Assembly: GCF_009914755.1 (NCBI RefSeq)
Contig: NC_060935.1
Length of the DNA: 64,000 nucleotides
From: the human T2T-CHM13v2.0 reference genome, Homo sapiens
Direction: 5' to 3' (one strand)
Below, piece by piece: positions 35,097-55,045 of this stretch (its first letter is position 1; every line of letters starts with the position of its first letter). Below the pieces are notes generated by a model, which searched no databases, was not told the DNA's origin, and saw only the letters and a program-made list of their open reading frames with translations. Position numbers and translations under genes: made by a program.

Positions 35097-35749
35097 CTTT
35101 TGTATTTTTTGTAGAGGTGGGGTTTCTCCATGTTGCCCAGGCTAGTCTGAAACTGCTGAGCTCAAATGATCCACCCATCTTGGCCTCCCCCCATGGGATT
35201 ACAGGCATGAACCAGTGCTCCTAGCCTTTGCATTTTAACTGGGTAATGTATATAAGTATAGATGCCAGGTTTTTAAATTTTTTGTCTGTTGCTTGGTTGG
35301 CTGGTTTTCTTGTTTTAGTTGCCCAACATCTGAATCCTACCCCTTCCTTATATTCAGAGAACTCTCGACCATCTGAGCCTTGGAGAGAGGCAGATTTTGT
35401 CTCCTATTATGGAAGTGAAAAAGTACAGATATTTGCTTTCCAGCACGCCCTTAACAGCTAGGGCATGTGCATATTATATAGGTTCAATCAATTTGGTATG
35501 TCCTCTTGGAACTTTGATTAAGAAACTTGTGCCACAAAGAAGCAGGGACAGTGGAGAGTTCATTTTGGCAGAGGTGGAGGCAGTGACAGTAACATCTAGG
35601 TATAGGGCAGCAATGCCAGCAGAGCAATGGGTGGCCTCTGGGTCCAGGGTTCAGGGTAGGGATAGAGGTGGCAGTGGTGTCTTTACTGAATTGGCTCCAT
35701 AGCAGGATTTGGGCTAAGGTAATACCTGTCTTGGCTCCTTTAGTCTCTG

Positions 35750-36290
35750 CCATTTTTTAAACAGCTTTATTGAAATATTAGGTTGGTGCAAAAATAATTG
35801 CAGTTTTTGCTATTACATGTATTACAATTTGCCCTTTTAAAGTGTCAAATTCCATGACTTTTAGTGTATTTACAAATATGGGAGACTATCACCATAGCCA
35901 ATTTTTATTACCTCAAAAAAAATCCATATGCTTTAACTATCATTTCCTACCCCCACCCACACCCCCACCCCTCCCCAGCCCTGAGCAACTACTGATGTAC
36001 AAATTTCCCTATTCTGGACTTTCACATGAATGGAATCATATAGCATGTAGCCATTTGCAACTGTCTTATTTTATTTAGCATGATGTTTTCAAGGTCCATC
36101 TATGTTGTGGCATGTATCAGTACTTCATTCCTTTTTATGGCTGAATCATATTCTATTGTATACCATGTTTTGTTTATCCATTCATTTGTTGACAGACATT
36201 TGGGTTATTTCCATGTCTTGGCTATTACGAACAATGCTGCTATAAACATTCATACACAAGCTTCTGTGTGGGCATATGTTTTCATTTTCT
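35750..36290 (-). mobile_element. L1 (L1MB-like) 3' end fragment
   Basis: Typical antisense L1 3'UTR text (ACAGCTTTATTGAAATAT...GGACTTTCACATGAATGGAATCATATAG...). Confidence 0.8.
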
Positions 36291-36412
36291 GCCCATTTGT
36301 TGACTCTAATTCTTCAGGCTTTCTGGTGACTCCATGAGTTACAGAAAATTATCTTAAATTTTTTTCGTATTCAAATAAGACAATATTGATTTCTGTTAGC
36401 TGGATTCACTTG

Positions 36413-36580
36413 CAGCTAATTTTTGTAATTTTTTGTACAGACATGGTCTTGCTGTGTTGCCCAGGCTGGTCTCAAACTCCTGGCCTCAAGTGATCCACCC
36501 CCATCAGCCTCCCAAAGTGCTGGGATTACAGGCATGAGCCACCACGCCCAGAATTTTCTTACTTTTGTTAAAAGACATGA
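36413..36580 (+). repeat. Local duplicate of 37283-37449 (Alu left arm plus unique flank)
   Basis: 168 vs 167 bp with 3 substitutions and 1 indel; includes the non-Alu flank GAATTTTCTTACTTTTGTTAAA(A)GACATGA. Confidence 0.9.
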
Positions 36581-37298
36581 GGACTTAACTATTTTCTCTG
36601 GGGCCCAGTTCTTAGTCCCAGAACAAAAGGGCTATAATTGGCTAATGTGACACACTTCCCAGTTAACCTTCAGTGCTGAATTTAATCTTCCTTATACATT
36701 GATGTAGAGAATGAGATCCAGAGAAGGAAAGTGACTTGCTTAAGGTCACACAGCCAGTCAGTGGTACAGTTAAGACTAGAATCTAGAACTCCTTATGCCA
36801 ACTTAATGTTCTTCCCCCTACACTAGGCCTCCTGTCATCAATTCAACAACTGTTTGTTAAGCTCTGTGGTCATAGGATATATGGAAGAAGCAGGGGAGAC
36901 AGAGTCCAAAGACATGATTTCTGCTCCTGGCTTTGCCACTTCCTACCTTTGTGACCTTGGACAATTTATTCTGTGTCTCTGGGTCTCAGCTATCTCATAC
37001 AAAAAAGCAGGAGTTGGAGATTGGAGGCTAGGCAGGGAGAGCGGTTGGATTAGAGGGGACAAGCTCAAATGCCTACAACCTCCGTTTCATTTATTCAATT
37101 ACATTTTATTCACTTATAATTTATCACCTCCTTTTTTTTTGAGATGGGGTCTCACTCTATTGCCCAGGCCAGAGTGTAGTGGTGCTATCTTGGCTCACTG
37201 CAGCCTCAACCTCCTGGGCTCAAGCAACCCTTCTACCTCCTTCTCCTGTGTAGCTGGACCTATCGGCATGTGCCACCACTTCCAGCTAATTTTTGTAA

Positions 37299-37469
<171 letters not shown>

Positions 37470-37471
37470 TA

Positions 37472-37600
<129 letters not shown>

Positions 37601-39551
37601 CTACAAAAAATATGAACCTTAGCTGGTATGGTGGCACGTGCCTGTAGTCCCAGCTACTCAGGAGGCTGAGGTGGGAAGATAGCGTGAACCCAAGAGATGG
37701 AGGTTGCAGTAAGCTGTGATTGTGTCACTGCACGCCAGCCTGGGTGGCAGAGTGAGACCTTGTCTCAAAAAAAAAAAAAAGTTTTAAGAAAAATAATAGT
37801 ACAACCACCTTGATCAATGGCAAAAATAACTTGGCCTCAGTGTTGGGAGAACACAGGGAATGATAAGGACCAAGGCTCACCATGGTAGAGCACAAGATAT
37901 TTGGATTTTTTAAAAGCCTGAAATATGATTTTACTAGGACATCCCTTATTCTTTAAATTTGGGCAATTAATTCAATTAAACTTTTTCATACAGAGCGTTT
38001 TCTAATTGTGTATTGAGGTCCTATCTTTATTGTTATTCTTCATGGAGGAAGGAGCGGCAATAACTCCTAATGGGAGATAGCAAAAGGAGAGGTGACTCTG
38101 CCATCTGCTGCTCACTGATGGTATGTACCTGCAGGCCTTCAGTAGGATTTAGGTGCCACCCTTATAAAGGGTCAGCTCTGAAAGTCTTTGCTGGGGACAT
38201 CTCCAATATCCTAATTTGATGGTTGGGGTGTCAGGCACATGGAGGCCTTATATCCCAATACCTAGAAACCATGAAGCCGGCTCCAAGGTAAAGCCCACAA
38301 GCTGAATCTGACCTCTGGTAGGCATCAGGCATGTGTTGCCACAGAGCTAAAAGTGTGGCTGGAGAAGGACGAGAGGAGAGGAAAGAGGATTGCGGTGGGA
38401 GTCGCCAAGAAAGCTGGAAGCCATTGCACAGCTCCAGGAACAGGGGCAAGGGCTGAGGTAAAAAAAAAAAAAAAAAAAGAGAGAGAGAAATGAGTGGATT
38501 TGAGAAACAGTACAAGAAAATCCGACTTGATAAGACATTGGATTCAGAGAATGAAGGGCTGGAACTGCCAGTGCCTGCCAGTGAGTTGTACTTTGTGCTA
38601 CCAACTAATCTTCGTAGAACTTCAGTTTGATTATTCATTACCTCCAGCCTATTTTGGCTTCCTACTGAAATCAGGACACAAGGAAATTTGTCACCAGGTA
38701 GACAATAAATGTCCCTCCCCACCCCCTGCCAGTCACCCCACTAGTCTTATTAGGAATCCTACACTTGGTAGGAATTAAGAAGTCTTGACTGTGAGTCCCA
38801 AGTTCAGTCATTTTCTGGCTGACTGACCTTGGGGAAAGTGACCAAACACCTGGGAGTTTAGTTTTCTCATCTTCAGTTTACTCATCTGAACAATGGAGCA
38901 ATGGCAACAACAGCTCCCTTTAGGCTGAGCCAAGCTTCATACAAGCTAATGTCAGACATCTATCATCTTATTGAATTCTTGCAACCCCAGGAAATGGGCA
39001 CTACCATTACCCCCATTATTCAAATGAGGACACTGAAGCTCTGAGAAATTGAGTGGCTTGCCCAAGGCCATATAGCTAGAAAGTGGGAGAAGCTGTCTTT
39101 CCAACTCAGACTGCTTAGCTCCAAAGCTTTACTGCTCTGGATCTCTGTCTCAGTGAGCTTTTGCTATAAAATGACCCACCCTGAAACACAGTGGCTTAAA
39201 ACAACAATCATTTTGTTTAGTTCACAGTTCTAAGGTACAGTATATTTATACAGGTCACAGTTTTGATCTTGGCCAATTTAGCTGGTCTATGCTGGATTCC
39301 CACATGCATGGGTCTGTGGATAGCTGGTAAGTTGGCTCAATCACATATTTGGTGATCGGCAGTTGGCTGGAGCACCCTGATGCTCCTCCATATAGCCTCT
39401 CATCTTCCAGCAGGCTAGCTTAGGCTCATTGACTTGGCGGGCTAAAGATTCCAAGTTTAACAAGAGAAGACAGGCCAGATGCAGTGGCTCACACCTGTAA
39501 TCCCAGCACTTTGGGAGGCTGAGGTGGGCGGATCATGAGATCAGGAGTTCA

Positions 39552-39799
<248 letters not shown>

Positions 39800-40159
39800 T
39801 CAAGTCATCGCAAAGCCAAACCAGACTCAGAGTGCAAAAGCACTTTCAAAAGGTGTGGGTAGAGGGAAGGGGATAATCTGTGGTCATTTTTACAATCTGC
39901 CATAAATGCTATGCTATAATCCCTGTTTCACAGGGTTGATCACATGAGATAAAGAATGTGAATCAGCTTTGACGTGAATCAGCTTTGTGAACTTCTATAA
40001 AATATTGTCCAGAGGAGTGGCATTGTTTAATGATTAGTACTGTATGCCAATAGTACCTCGAACTCAACACATCTGGTAATTATCTCCATTTTCCAGATGA
40101 GGAAACTGAAGCCTAGAGAGCTTAGGGGGCTTGCACATGATCATACAGCCAGAATCTGA

Positions 40160-40483
<324 letters not shown>

Positions 40484-41100
40484 TAGTCTTAAACTCCTGA
40501 CCTCATGATCCGCCTGCCTTGGCCTCCCAAAGTGCTGGGATTACAGGTGTGAGCCACTGCACCCGGCCCTTAAGGACGTATTATAGGTCTTTTATTTCTT
40601 TTGTGGCCACGGTGGTGGCTAGCATTGTACTAAACACATGGTAGGCACTCACTAAAGACTTTTCAAATGACTGAATCACTCATTCATTTATTTATTCCCT
40701 TTTTAAGCAAACATTTATTGAACACCAATTATTACATAGGTCCTGGACACTGAGAATACAGAAATAAATAACACAATATTCCTTTTCTTAAGAAACTCGC
40801 CTAGTTAAAAAAAAAAAATTCAACCTGACACTGTAATCTAGCATGATAGAACCTCAAAGGGTTATGACAGCAAAGGAAAGGAGCCCTAAACTAGCCTGGC
40901 AGAGAAGATACCTGCCTTCTTTATGGCTGAGGACACTGAGGAGGATACTTCTGAAGAGAGCACAGCAGATGCAAAGACTTGTGGGAAATAACACGGTATG
41001 TACCTGGACTTATCAGCAGTCTGTGTTGCTGGAGCATAGGTAAGAAGCAGCTAGGGGTGAGAGGTGAAGTTGAGGTGGTAAGAAGCTCAAACTTGATCTC

Positions 41101-44640
<3,540 letters not shown>

Positions 44641-45137
44641 GCCCAGCAGATGGACGTTCCCTTTGTCTGGCCTAATGGGGTTCTGAAAGGCCAAGATGTA
44701 TCGACAGAGGCAGAGGATATATTTCTGGGTATGAATCAGCTCTGAGAACAATGGGGGGTGGGGGCAGCTCATCAGAAACCCAACTCTCCAGGATGAAAAA
44801 TGAAGGCATTCCTTACTGACCTGCTATCCCATACTTCCCAGCCTCTTCTAGCCACACCACAGTCCGGTGGCTCATTTATGTCCTGGCCATGTCTGTGCCA
44901 GGCTCCAGCTGGAACAGGGACCAGTGATGAATTAGACATGGGCCTGGCCTTCAGGAGCTCACAGCAAACTCAGTGAGAGAGATGTGTAAGGTATGGATGC
45001 CTCTTTATTTTTTTTAGCAACAGGTGCCAAAGTATCCTGAGAAGAAATTAGGATAATCTATGAAAAACTACCCTATAGCCTCTTGGAACTTGGGTAGAGA
45101 AAGGGTGGGATTGTGTTGCATGAGACAAGGGAGGTTT

Positions 45138-45304
45138 ACACACACATATACACACACACACACGCACGCACACATACACATGCATGCACATTCACACACA
45201 CATGCATGCACACACGCAACACATGCATGCACACACACACACATGCACACACATGCATGCACGCACACACACACACGCACACACATATATGCATGCACAC
45301 ATGT
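45138..45304. repeat. Compound (CA)n/(CATG)n alternating purine-pyrimidine microsatellite
   Basis: About 165 bp of CA repeats interspersed with CATG, CACG and CATA. Confidence 0.95.
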
Positions 45305-46022
45305 GTTCCTAACAAGGAGAAGGGGGAAGACTAAAATACCCTGGGCTGGGAAGCTGGCTGAAACAAGGGAATTTTGGAGAGGAGAGACCTCAGGTGGGAA
45401 ATCTTAGGTGTAAATTGTGGGAACTGTGCAGTGTACCCCTTCCCCCACACTCCTCACATCCTTAGTACACTGCCCAAATCCCCAAATGCCTGATGGGATT
45501 GCATATTTCATGGAAATCAGGAGCTGAAACAGAATCTTGCCCAGCCAGATGAGAAGCAGCAGCACCATCTGGACTGTGTTTAATCAGCAGGAGGCCATGA
45601 GACAAATGCCAGGAAGGAGGCTCTCAAGCTTCCAGACATAAAGGAATGGAGCAGAGTCAAGGGCAGTATTTCAGGCTGCAGCAGAAGCAGGAAGCGAAGA
45701 CATGTGGCTGTGATAGCAGGTGTGTGCTGTTGGATGATGCTGGCGCTACTGCAGTTTGACATTGCTGAAGAGGAAGGTGGAAGAAGGACCAGACCCTGAA
45801 GAGCCTTGAACGCTCCCGTCTTCTCTACTAAGAAACTGAGACTTGCCGGACACGGTGGCTCACACCTGTAATCCCAGCACTTTGGGAGGCTGAAGTGGGC
45901 AGATCATTTGAGGTCAGGAGTTTGAGACCAGCCTGACCCACACGATGAAACCCTATCTCTACTAAAAATACAAAAAAAATTAGCCAGGCATGGTGTCATG
46001 CACCTATAGTCCCAGCTACTCA

Positions 46023-46124
<102 letters not shown>

Positions 46125-46127
46125 TTA

Positions 46128-46232
46128 AGGAAGGAAGGAGGGAAGGAGGGAGGGAGGCAGGGAGGGAGGGAGGGAGGGAGGGAAGGAATGAAGGAAGGAA
46201 GGAAGGAAGGAAGGAGAGAGAGAGAGAGAGAG
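46128..46232 (+). repeat. Polypurine (GGAA/GGGA/GA)n tract at an Alu tail
   Basis: About 105 bp that is almost entirely purine. Confidence 0.95.
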
Positions 46233-46338
46233 ACTTTATTCTAAAATCAACAGAGAACCACCAAAGGGTTTTAAGCAGGGAGTAACATCATCAGATCTGT
46301 GTTTCAGAAACATCATCCTGGCCAGGTGCAGTGGCTCA

Positions 46339-46730
<392 letters not shown>

Positions 46731-47724
46731 TTATTAGTAGAAAAACAACTTAAAAGAAAAGACTGATGATAGGAGGGCCTGAAATAGGGCAGGTACAGGG
46801 ACAGCAGAGGGGTGGTGGAGGCATCATAGAGCAAGGGAAAATGAGGGAAGTTAGTTGGGGAAGTCCACTATCTGATTTTGCCTTAAGAAGAAAATATTGA
46901 AAGGTAAGATACTTTAAATTGGTCAACCCCAAACATATGGAATGTTTACTAAAGTACTGTGTGTCAAGGTTGTACGTAGGAACACGTGAAGCCTCCCTGT
47001 GGGGTCTCTAGCAGCAGGGCTCTTTGCAGCCCTCAAGCCTGTTTAGGACCTGGGCTCGTTGCCTCTCTGTCCTCATTTCTGATCATTGGGTCTTTGAAGG
47101 AAGCTGGATTTCCCCATTAGCTTATCTATAATGCTCACTTGATAACAGACAATAGTCATTGCCGTGGTGCAAGGAAAAGTAGACAACACCTTCCACAAAC
47201 AATATTCTGTAACTCAACAAAAGGGACTATAGAGCAGAACAATATTTAATTCAATTTCATCCACCCATCCATCTATTCACCAGGCATTCAGTTCCCAGCC
47301 AATAAATATTTGCTAAGGGCCTGTCCATTCCAGTTTTAGCCAAGCAGGGTGCTGGGAACCAGGGATGAAAAGGCCTTTGAAGAATTCCATGTCCCCTCCT
47401 GCAGATTCCAGCCTTCAGTTCCTCCAGTCAGGCCTCCCTGACTGACAACACTCTAGACGGAGCAGACCCCACAATGCCTGGCATGCCTTTTCCTAACACA
47501 AACGTCCACCACCACCTCCTAGCCCTGTGGCTTAGACAGACATGCTATGAAGCTCACGACCATCCTCAACTCCTTCCACCTCTCCATTTCCATGTATTTA
47601 ATTGGCCAGAGTTGTCCTCACCTTCTATCTTCAGTTCTTCTCACTCTTCATTCCTTAAATTACTGAACTCTGGCTTTTGTGCCTGTCACTCTTCTAGCCG
47701 ACGGAGACCAAATTCAATGCATTC

Positions 47725-48347
47725 CTTTTTTTTTTTTTTCCTGCGATGGAGTCTCGCTCTTTAGCCCAGGCTGGAGTGAAGTGGCATGATCTCGGCTCAC
47801 TGTAACCTCCGCCTCCTGGGTTCAAGCAATTCTCCTGCCTCAGCCTCCCGAGTAGTTGGGATTATAGGTGCCCACCGCCACACTCAGCTAATATTTGTTT
47901 TTTTGTTTGTTTGTTTGTTTGTTTGTTTGTTTTTGAGACGGAGTCTTGCCCTGTTGCCCAGGATGTAGTGCAATGGCGCAATCTCGGTTCACTGCAACCT
48001 CCGCCTCCCGGTTCAAGCAATTCTCCTGCCTCAGCCTCCCGAATAGCTGGGATTACAGGCGCTCGCCACCACACCCAGCTAATTTTTGTATTTTTACTAG
48101 AGACGCGTTTTCACCATGTTGGCCAGGATGGTCTCGAACTCCTGACTTCGTGATCTACTTGCCTCAGCCTCCCAAAGTGCTGAGATTGCAGGCGTGAGCC
48201 ACTGCTCCCAGCCTAATTTTTGTATTTTTAGTAGAGAGGGGTTTCACCATGTTGCTCAGGCTGATCTTGAACTCCTGACCTCAGGTGATCCACTTGCCTC
48301 GGCTTCCCAAAGTGCTGGGATTACAGGCATAAGCCACCGCATCTGGC
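47725..48347 (-). mobile_element. Nested antisense Alus
   Basis: A complete Alu inserted at the linker of another Alu. Confidence 0.85.
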
Positions 48348-49050
48348 CAACATGGTCTTTTAACTGTTTGTTAACTTATCTGTCTCCAACCTGGGCCATA
48401 TGTCTCTTGTATACTATTGTATCTCATATATATAGTGAAGTCTAAGAAGAAACTCAGTGAACAAGTGAGGAATGAATGAATGAGCACTTGTCCAAGAGGA
48501 CCTGTCCACGGGCTGCTTAGTATCCTGAAAAAATTTTGATAATCTGAAATTTTAAAAAAACCTAAAACTGAAATAAGTTGAGCAAATTGGACTGGACCAT
48601 TTAGGAATTACAAAATGGGGAACTGTTGAGAAAATCTGTAGTTAGTCATGGGCCAAAAGCTGGAAGTGGTAGTTGAGATGAGCCATGGCAACAATGGCTG
48701 TGTTTACACTAAAATTATGAGGAAACAAAAACTGTGGTTAAGCAGAGAAGAAAACAGAGCAGTCATACAGAAAGAAGCAATTAGGTCAAAAGACAATGAG
48801 GCAAAGAGAGCAGCTCACTCCATCCAGACTGTGTCTGGAACAGCCCTTGCCCTTCTTTACCTGACATGAAAGCTGAGACCATGTGACAGCTCCTCAGGAA
48901 GCCTCCCTGACCAGCAGTGTTTGGGGGCAGAAACCAATGTTCTCTGAAAAAATGATCATATGTTTCTTTCTAGCCCTGAATGCCAACCCCACCTGACACA
49001 CATTGTAAGAATTCAGAGGCCAGGTGCGGTGGCTCACGCCTATAATCCTA

Positions 49051-49367
<317 letters not shown>

Positions 49368-49890
49368 TTATCTTCACTTTTAGCATCACTACTCCAAGCA
49401 CTCTCCCAGCCCCCAAGGGAAGGGAGAAAGGAAAAAATTTATACAAAGCATATGCAAGGTGGGGATGGAAGGTCCTCCTGCTCTTTTTCTGAATGTCTGA
49501 GGCAGCAAAGGTAGAGATGTGAACCTCTGGTGAGCGAGCTGAGGAATAAACAGGCTGGGATGTGAGTGTGGCTGGGAGCATGACGGGGTGGTATAGGTAT
49601 AGAACAGGAAAACCAGTATCACAGTGTCCTCTTGGCTCACCCACTTAGTTTTGGTAACTGAGGGACTTTACATTGATTTTTATAGCACTGATAAGGTGTT
49701 TTAGAACAAGCACCTGCAGGCTTATCTCACTGTCCTTGAGCTCCTACGTCACCAGCTGTCATGAGCGTGATGTGTCCTGGCCTGGCCTGGCCTGGGTAGC
49801 TATACATTCCACAAGACAGTCTATGTAAGATACACATGTTCTCATAAAAGTTTATGACAACTTTAAAAAATGCTTTTATTTTTGAGATAG

Positions 49891-50079
<189 letters not shown>

Positions 50080-50817
50080 TAGGCTGGTCTCAAACTCCTG
50101 GACTCATGCGATCCTCCCACCTCAGCCTCCCAAAGTGTTGGGATTACAGGCATGAGCCACCATGCCTGGCCTAAACAACTTTTTGAAAAAGAAGAAATAC
50201 AGGCTTGTGATGTATTGTTAAAAGTTGTAACAAAGACAGCACTCTGGCCACGTGTGGTGGTTTACGCCTGTAATCCCAGAACTCTGGGAGGACAAGGTGG
50301 GTGGATCACTTGAGGCCGGGAGTTTGAGACAAGCCTGGCCAACATGGTGAAACCCTGTCTCTACCAAAAATACAAAAATTATCCAGGCGTGGTGGTACAC
50401 ACTTGTTGTTCCAGCTACTCAGGAGGTTGAGTTATGAGAATTGCTTGAACCCAGGAGGTAGAGGTTGCAGTGACCCAAGATTGCACCACTGTACTCCAGC
50501 CTGGCAAAAAAAAAGACAGCACTCTGATTTCATTTCTTATATATTGCACCAAATGAAAGGAAGGATTACATGGTATATATCCCTGGTATCCAGGTCCAAA
50601 GTCTTTCCCTGATTTCCTCTGATCTTTGGGCTAGGTGAGCTGCCTCCTCCAGGTTCTTGTGGCACACTGTGATTTCCTCACACTGTATTGCTCTTTACCC
50701 TATACAGACTGTAAATTCCCAGAGATGAAGACCATGCTGTGTCCCGATTAATCACATAGAGCCTGGTATACAAGAGGCCTGTAGCAATGTTTGTTGAATG
50801 AATGAATGAATGAATGA

Positions 50818-51102
<285 letters not shown>

Positions 51103-51802
51103 TAAACTCCTGGCCTCAAGCGATCCTCCTGCCTTGGCTTCCCCAAGTGCTGGGATTATAGGCATAAACCACCGAGCCTGGTCTTAAGATTACTTTAATC
51201 TTATACTCCTTAGTTGACCTGTTACCCTGCTTGGAAAACGTTACCCCCAATAAACCTGTAGTATCCCTGAAGGCTAGCCAACTGATAGGGTTCCTAAGTT
51301 GCCCCCAAGGGCTTCATTTCCTGTCCAGAGGCCTGGCCTCCTTCCCTCCTCTGAGTTTGGGGATCCTGCCTGCATATAGGTTGATTGCTCATCACCCTGC
51401 CCCAATATTGAGCCCTGTCTAGATTTCCCACTCCATGCCCTGTCAGAATCATTAGACTGTCTGATGCAATTATTTCTGGGATGAAGCGGGGATGACGAAG
51501 AAGACAGAGGAGGGTCAGCCTTCTACTTCTGACACCTATCTTAGGTTCTTTTTTGAGGCATGGAGGCTGAGGTGGTTCGGTCCTATGGTTCCCACTGCTG
51601 GTGGCACCTGACACCAACATCCCCAACAGTTTTGTCTGACCTCTCTTTTCGCTAGAAAATGCTTTGGCTGATTGATTATTCTGGCTTCTGGAGAACTGCT
51701 TTTGTTCTCAACATGAGGCACATATGGTAAGCCTCATCCTTAAGGAATAAGGAGTGAGTTGTTTTTTTTTTTTTTTTTAAAGTGACATTTAAGATGTTGT
51801 AA

Positions 51803-52231
<429 letters not shown>

Positions 52232-52450
52232 TGAAAATATGTTCATTCTTTTCTGATTATAAAAATGATACAGACTCTTGGCCAGGCGCGATGGCTCACG
52301 CCTATAATCCCAGCACTTTGGGAGGCTGAGGTGGGCGGATTGCCTGAGGTCGGGAGTTCGAGACCAGCCTGACCAACATGGAGAAACCCTGTCTCTACTA
52401 AAAATACAAAATTAGCTGGGTGTAGTGGCACATGCCTGTAATCCCAGCTA

Positions 52451-52597
<147 letters not shown>

Positions 52598-54489
52598 TTA
52601 AAATTTCCAAACACATATAAGAAAAAATAGATATAAAGAAGAGAACAAAAATCAGCCAAATGCTATCGTGTAAAGATAACCACGGTGTTGAGAACATGGG
52701 CTTTGGGCATACCTGGGCTGGAAACACATCTTTACCACTTACTACCTATGTGGTTTGGGATAAGTTACTTAATTTCTCTGAGCTCCAGTTTCTTCATCTG
52801 TACAATAGGGATAATAATTTAAGCTAAGTGACATCTATAAAATACAGATAATAGTAGGTAAGTAATAATACTTACTTTATTGGTCGTTCCAAAGATTAAA
52901 TGAAAATATTCAAGTAAAAGGCCTAGCATCGTGCCTACATATGCAGTGAATGGTAATTCATAGTGAACACTCTTTGAGGTCTCCTTTTTTCTCAGTCCTA
53001 TATTTTTCCCCTTAAATCTCACTGCTTTTAGTGTAATTACACGTAAGTCAGGACAGGCGCCGTGGCTCACGCCTGTAATCCCAGCACTTTGGAGGCCGAG
53101 GCAGATGGATCACCTGAGGTCAGGAGTTCAAGACCAGCCTGGACAACATGGTGAAACCCCATCTCTACTAAAAATATAAAAATTAGCCAGGCATGGTGGC
53201 TGGTGCCTGTAATCCCAGCTACTCAGGAGGCCGAGGCAGGAGGACTGCCTGAGCCCAGGAGGCGGAGGTTGCAGCTAGCCAAGATCATGCCACTGCACTC
53301 CAGCCTGGGCAAGAGAGTGAGACTCTGTCTCAAAACACCAACCAACCAACCAAACAAACAAAAAAACTAAATCAGTAAACATTTATTAAGAAGCTATTAG
53401 ACACTGGTGGTGGTGTTGTCATTATTATTATTATATTAGGATGAGGCTAGTTGTAAAGTGCTACTTAGTTATTTGTTTAAGCAAACCTTGTCTTAGAACT
53501 TACATGGAATTGTTTTCTACTAACTCTTCCCATTAACAACATAAAATTGATCTCAAATTTGGGTCCTTTTTTGGTGAAGGGATAATTGAATCTAACAGGA
53601 TTGGCTGAGGATTAAATAAGCCACTCTAGGCAAGGTACTCAAAACACGGTATGTGCTCAATAAATGATAGTTATTATCATCCAAGCAATGTATACAACCT
53701 AAAAGACTCTTCATCTGGGATTCATGGCAGTAAAAGTACAGAGGAGTTCTCTTTTCTGGTTTACTTTTGACCCTAAAATGAAGCCTTCAGGCATTATCTA
53801 GATAAAATACTAATCTCCTGGACACAGTCCTAGGTTTCTTCACTGGCATTTGCTAGCTGTAGTTCCCTTCTAAATCTAATCAAAGGTCTATACTCCCCTC
53901 AAACTTCCCTTACCTCCAACACCTGACTCAAAAACTTTCAAGATTAACTTTTATTTGCCTGGACTCTATGTTGTCATATGATGTGATACTCAACATATCC
54001 AATTTGTTACTTGGTTTCTACTGAAAGTAATTCTCACTTGACTGATGTGCACAGGAATCCCAAAATTCTGCAATAAAATGTGTTAGAGTTCACTGTACTT
54101 ATTATTGGTTTTATATGTACAGTTGTAAACTAATAATGAGATGGCAAAACACAGTGTTTAAGATCATGGATGCTGTAGCCAGATTGCCTGGGTTATACTT
54201 CTAGCTGTGTTGCTTTGTGACCTTGGGCAAGTTATTTAACCTCTCTGTGACAGAGTTTACTTTTCTGAATAAAGGGAATAATAACATGCTTTACTTTCTA
54301 GGGTTGTTACAGAGATTAGATGGGTTAATATTTGTAAAGCACTTGGAATGGAGCCTGTCAGGTAGTCAGTGGTATATAAGTGTTTGTTATATAATAATAG
54401 TTGCCATTTATGGAGCACTTAATTATCTCCAAGGCACAGAACATGTTACTTTCAACCCTCTCAATCATGCAAGGTAGATAAATTATTTA

Positions 54490-55045
54490 CAGTGATGCAC
54501 GAGAGCTGGTTGATGCACTTGCTTATGAGAGCTGAATGTTAAATTTTCAGAAAGTTTGCAAGTCAGTTAAACAGAGCCATTACTGAAAATTAAATTATAT
54601 AAATGTACAATCAAATTATATTAAACACAAGACAATATTCAAATTTCATCACTTCCTAAGTGTTTTACTACTATCTATGCTCTTTTTCATTTGTGTTTTT
54701 CTTTTATAGAGAGACAGGTCTCACTATGTTTCCAAGCTGGACTCGAACTCCTGGGATCAAGGGATGCTCCTGTCTTTGCCTCCCAAAGTACTGAGATTAC
54801 AGATGTGAGTCACTGTGCCTGGCCTATCTATGCTCTTGAGGTTATTTATGTTTATTGTGTCTGTATGATGGAAATAATGGTGTGATACTGTGCATCTCTT
54901 CCTAACTCTGCATTCTATGGCATCAATATCTGTAGCTTGAATTCTGCTATGTGGAGTATTTATACCACAGAAGTGCAACCACTTCAAATCAGGGCTTTTT
55001 TTATTTAGCAAGTTGGTTATTACACATTTATCTGTACATCGCTGG
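54490..55045 (+). mobile_element. MER63-like hAT DNA transposon split by an Alu monomer
   Basis: GAGAGCTGAATGTTAAATTTTCAGAAAGTTTGC and GGAGTATTTATACCACAGAA...AAATCAGGGCTTTTTT; a related fragment occurs at ~2030-2190. Confidence 0.6.

Noticed and set aside
38231-38722. 163-aa minus-strand ORF
   Set aside because: Non-ATG start, crosses a poly(T)/CT tract, and resembles no protein I recognise.
45060-45407. His/Thr-rich and Cys/Val-rich ORFs
   Set aside because: They are translations of the CA microsatellite.
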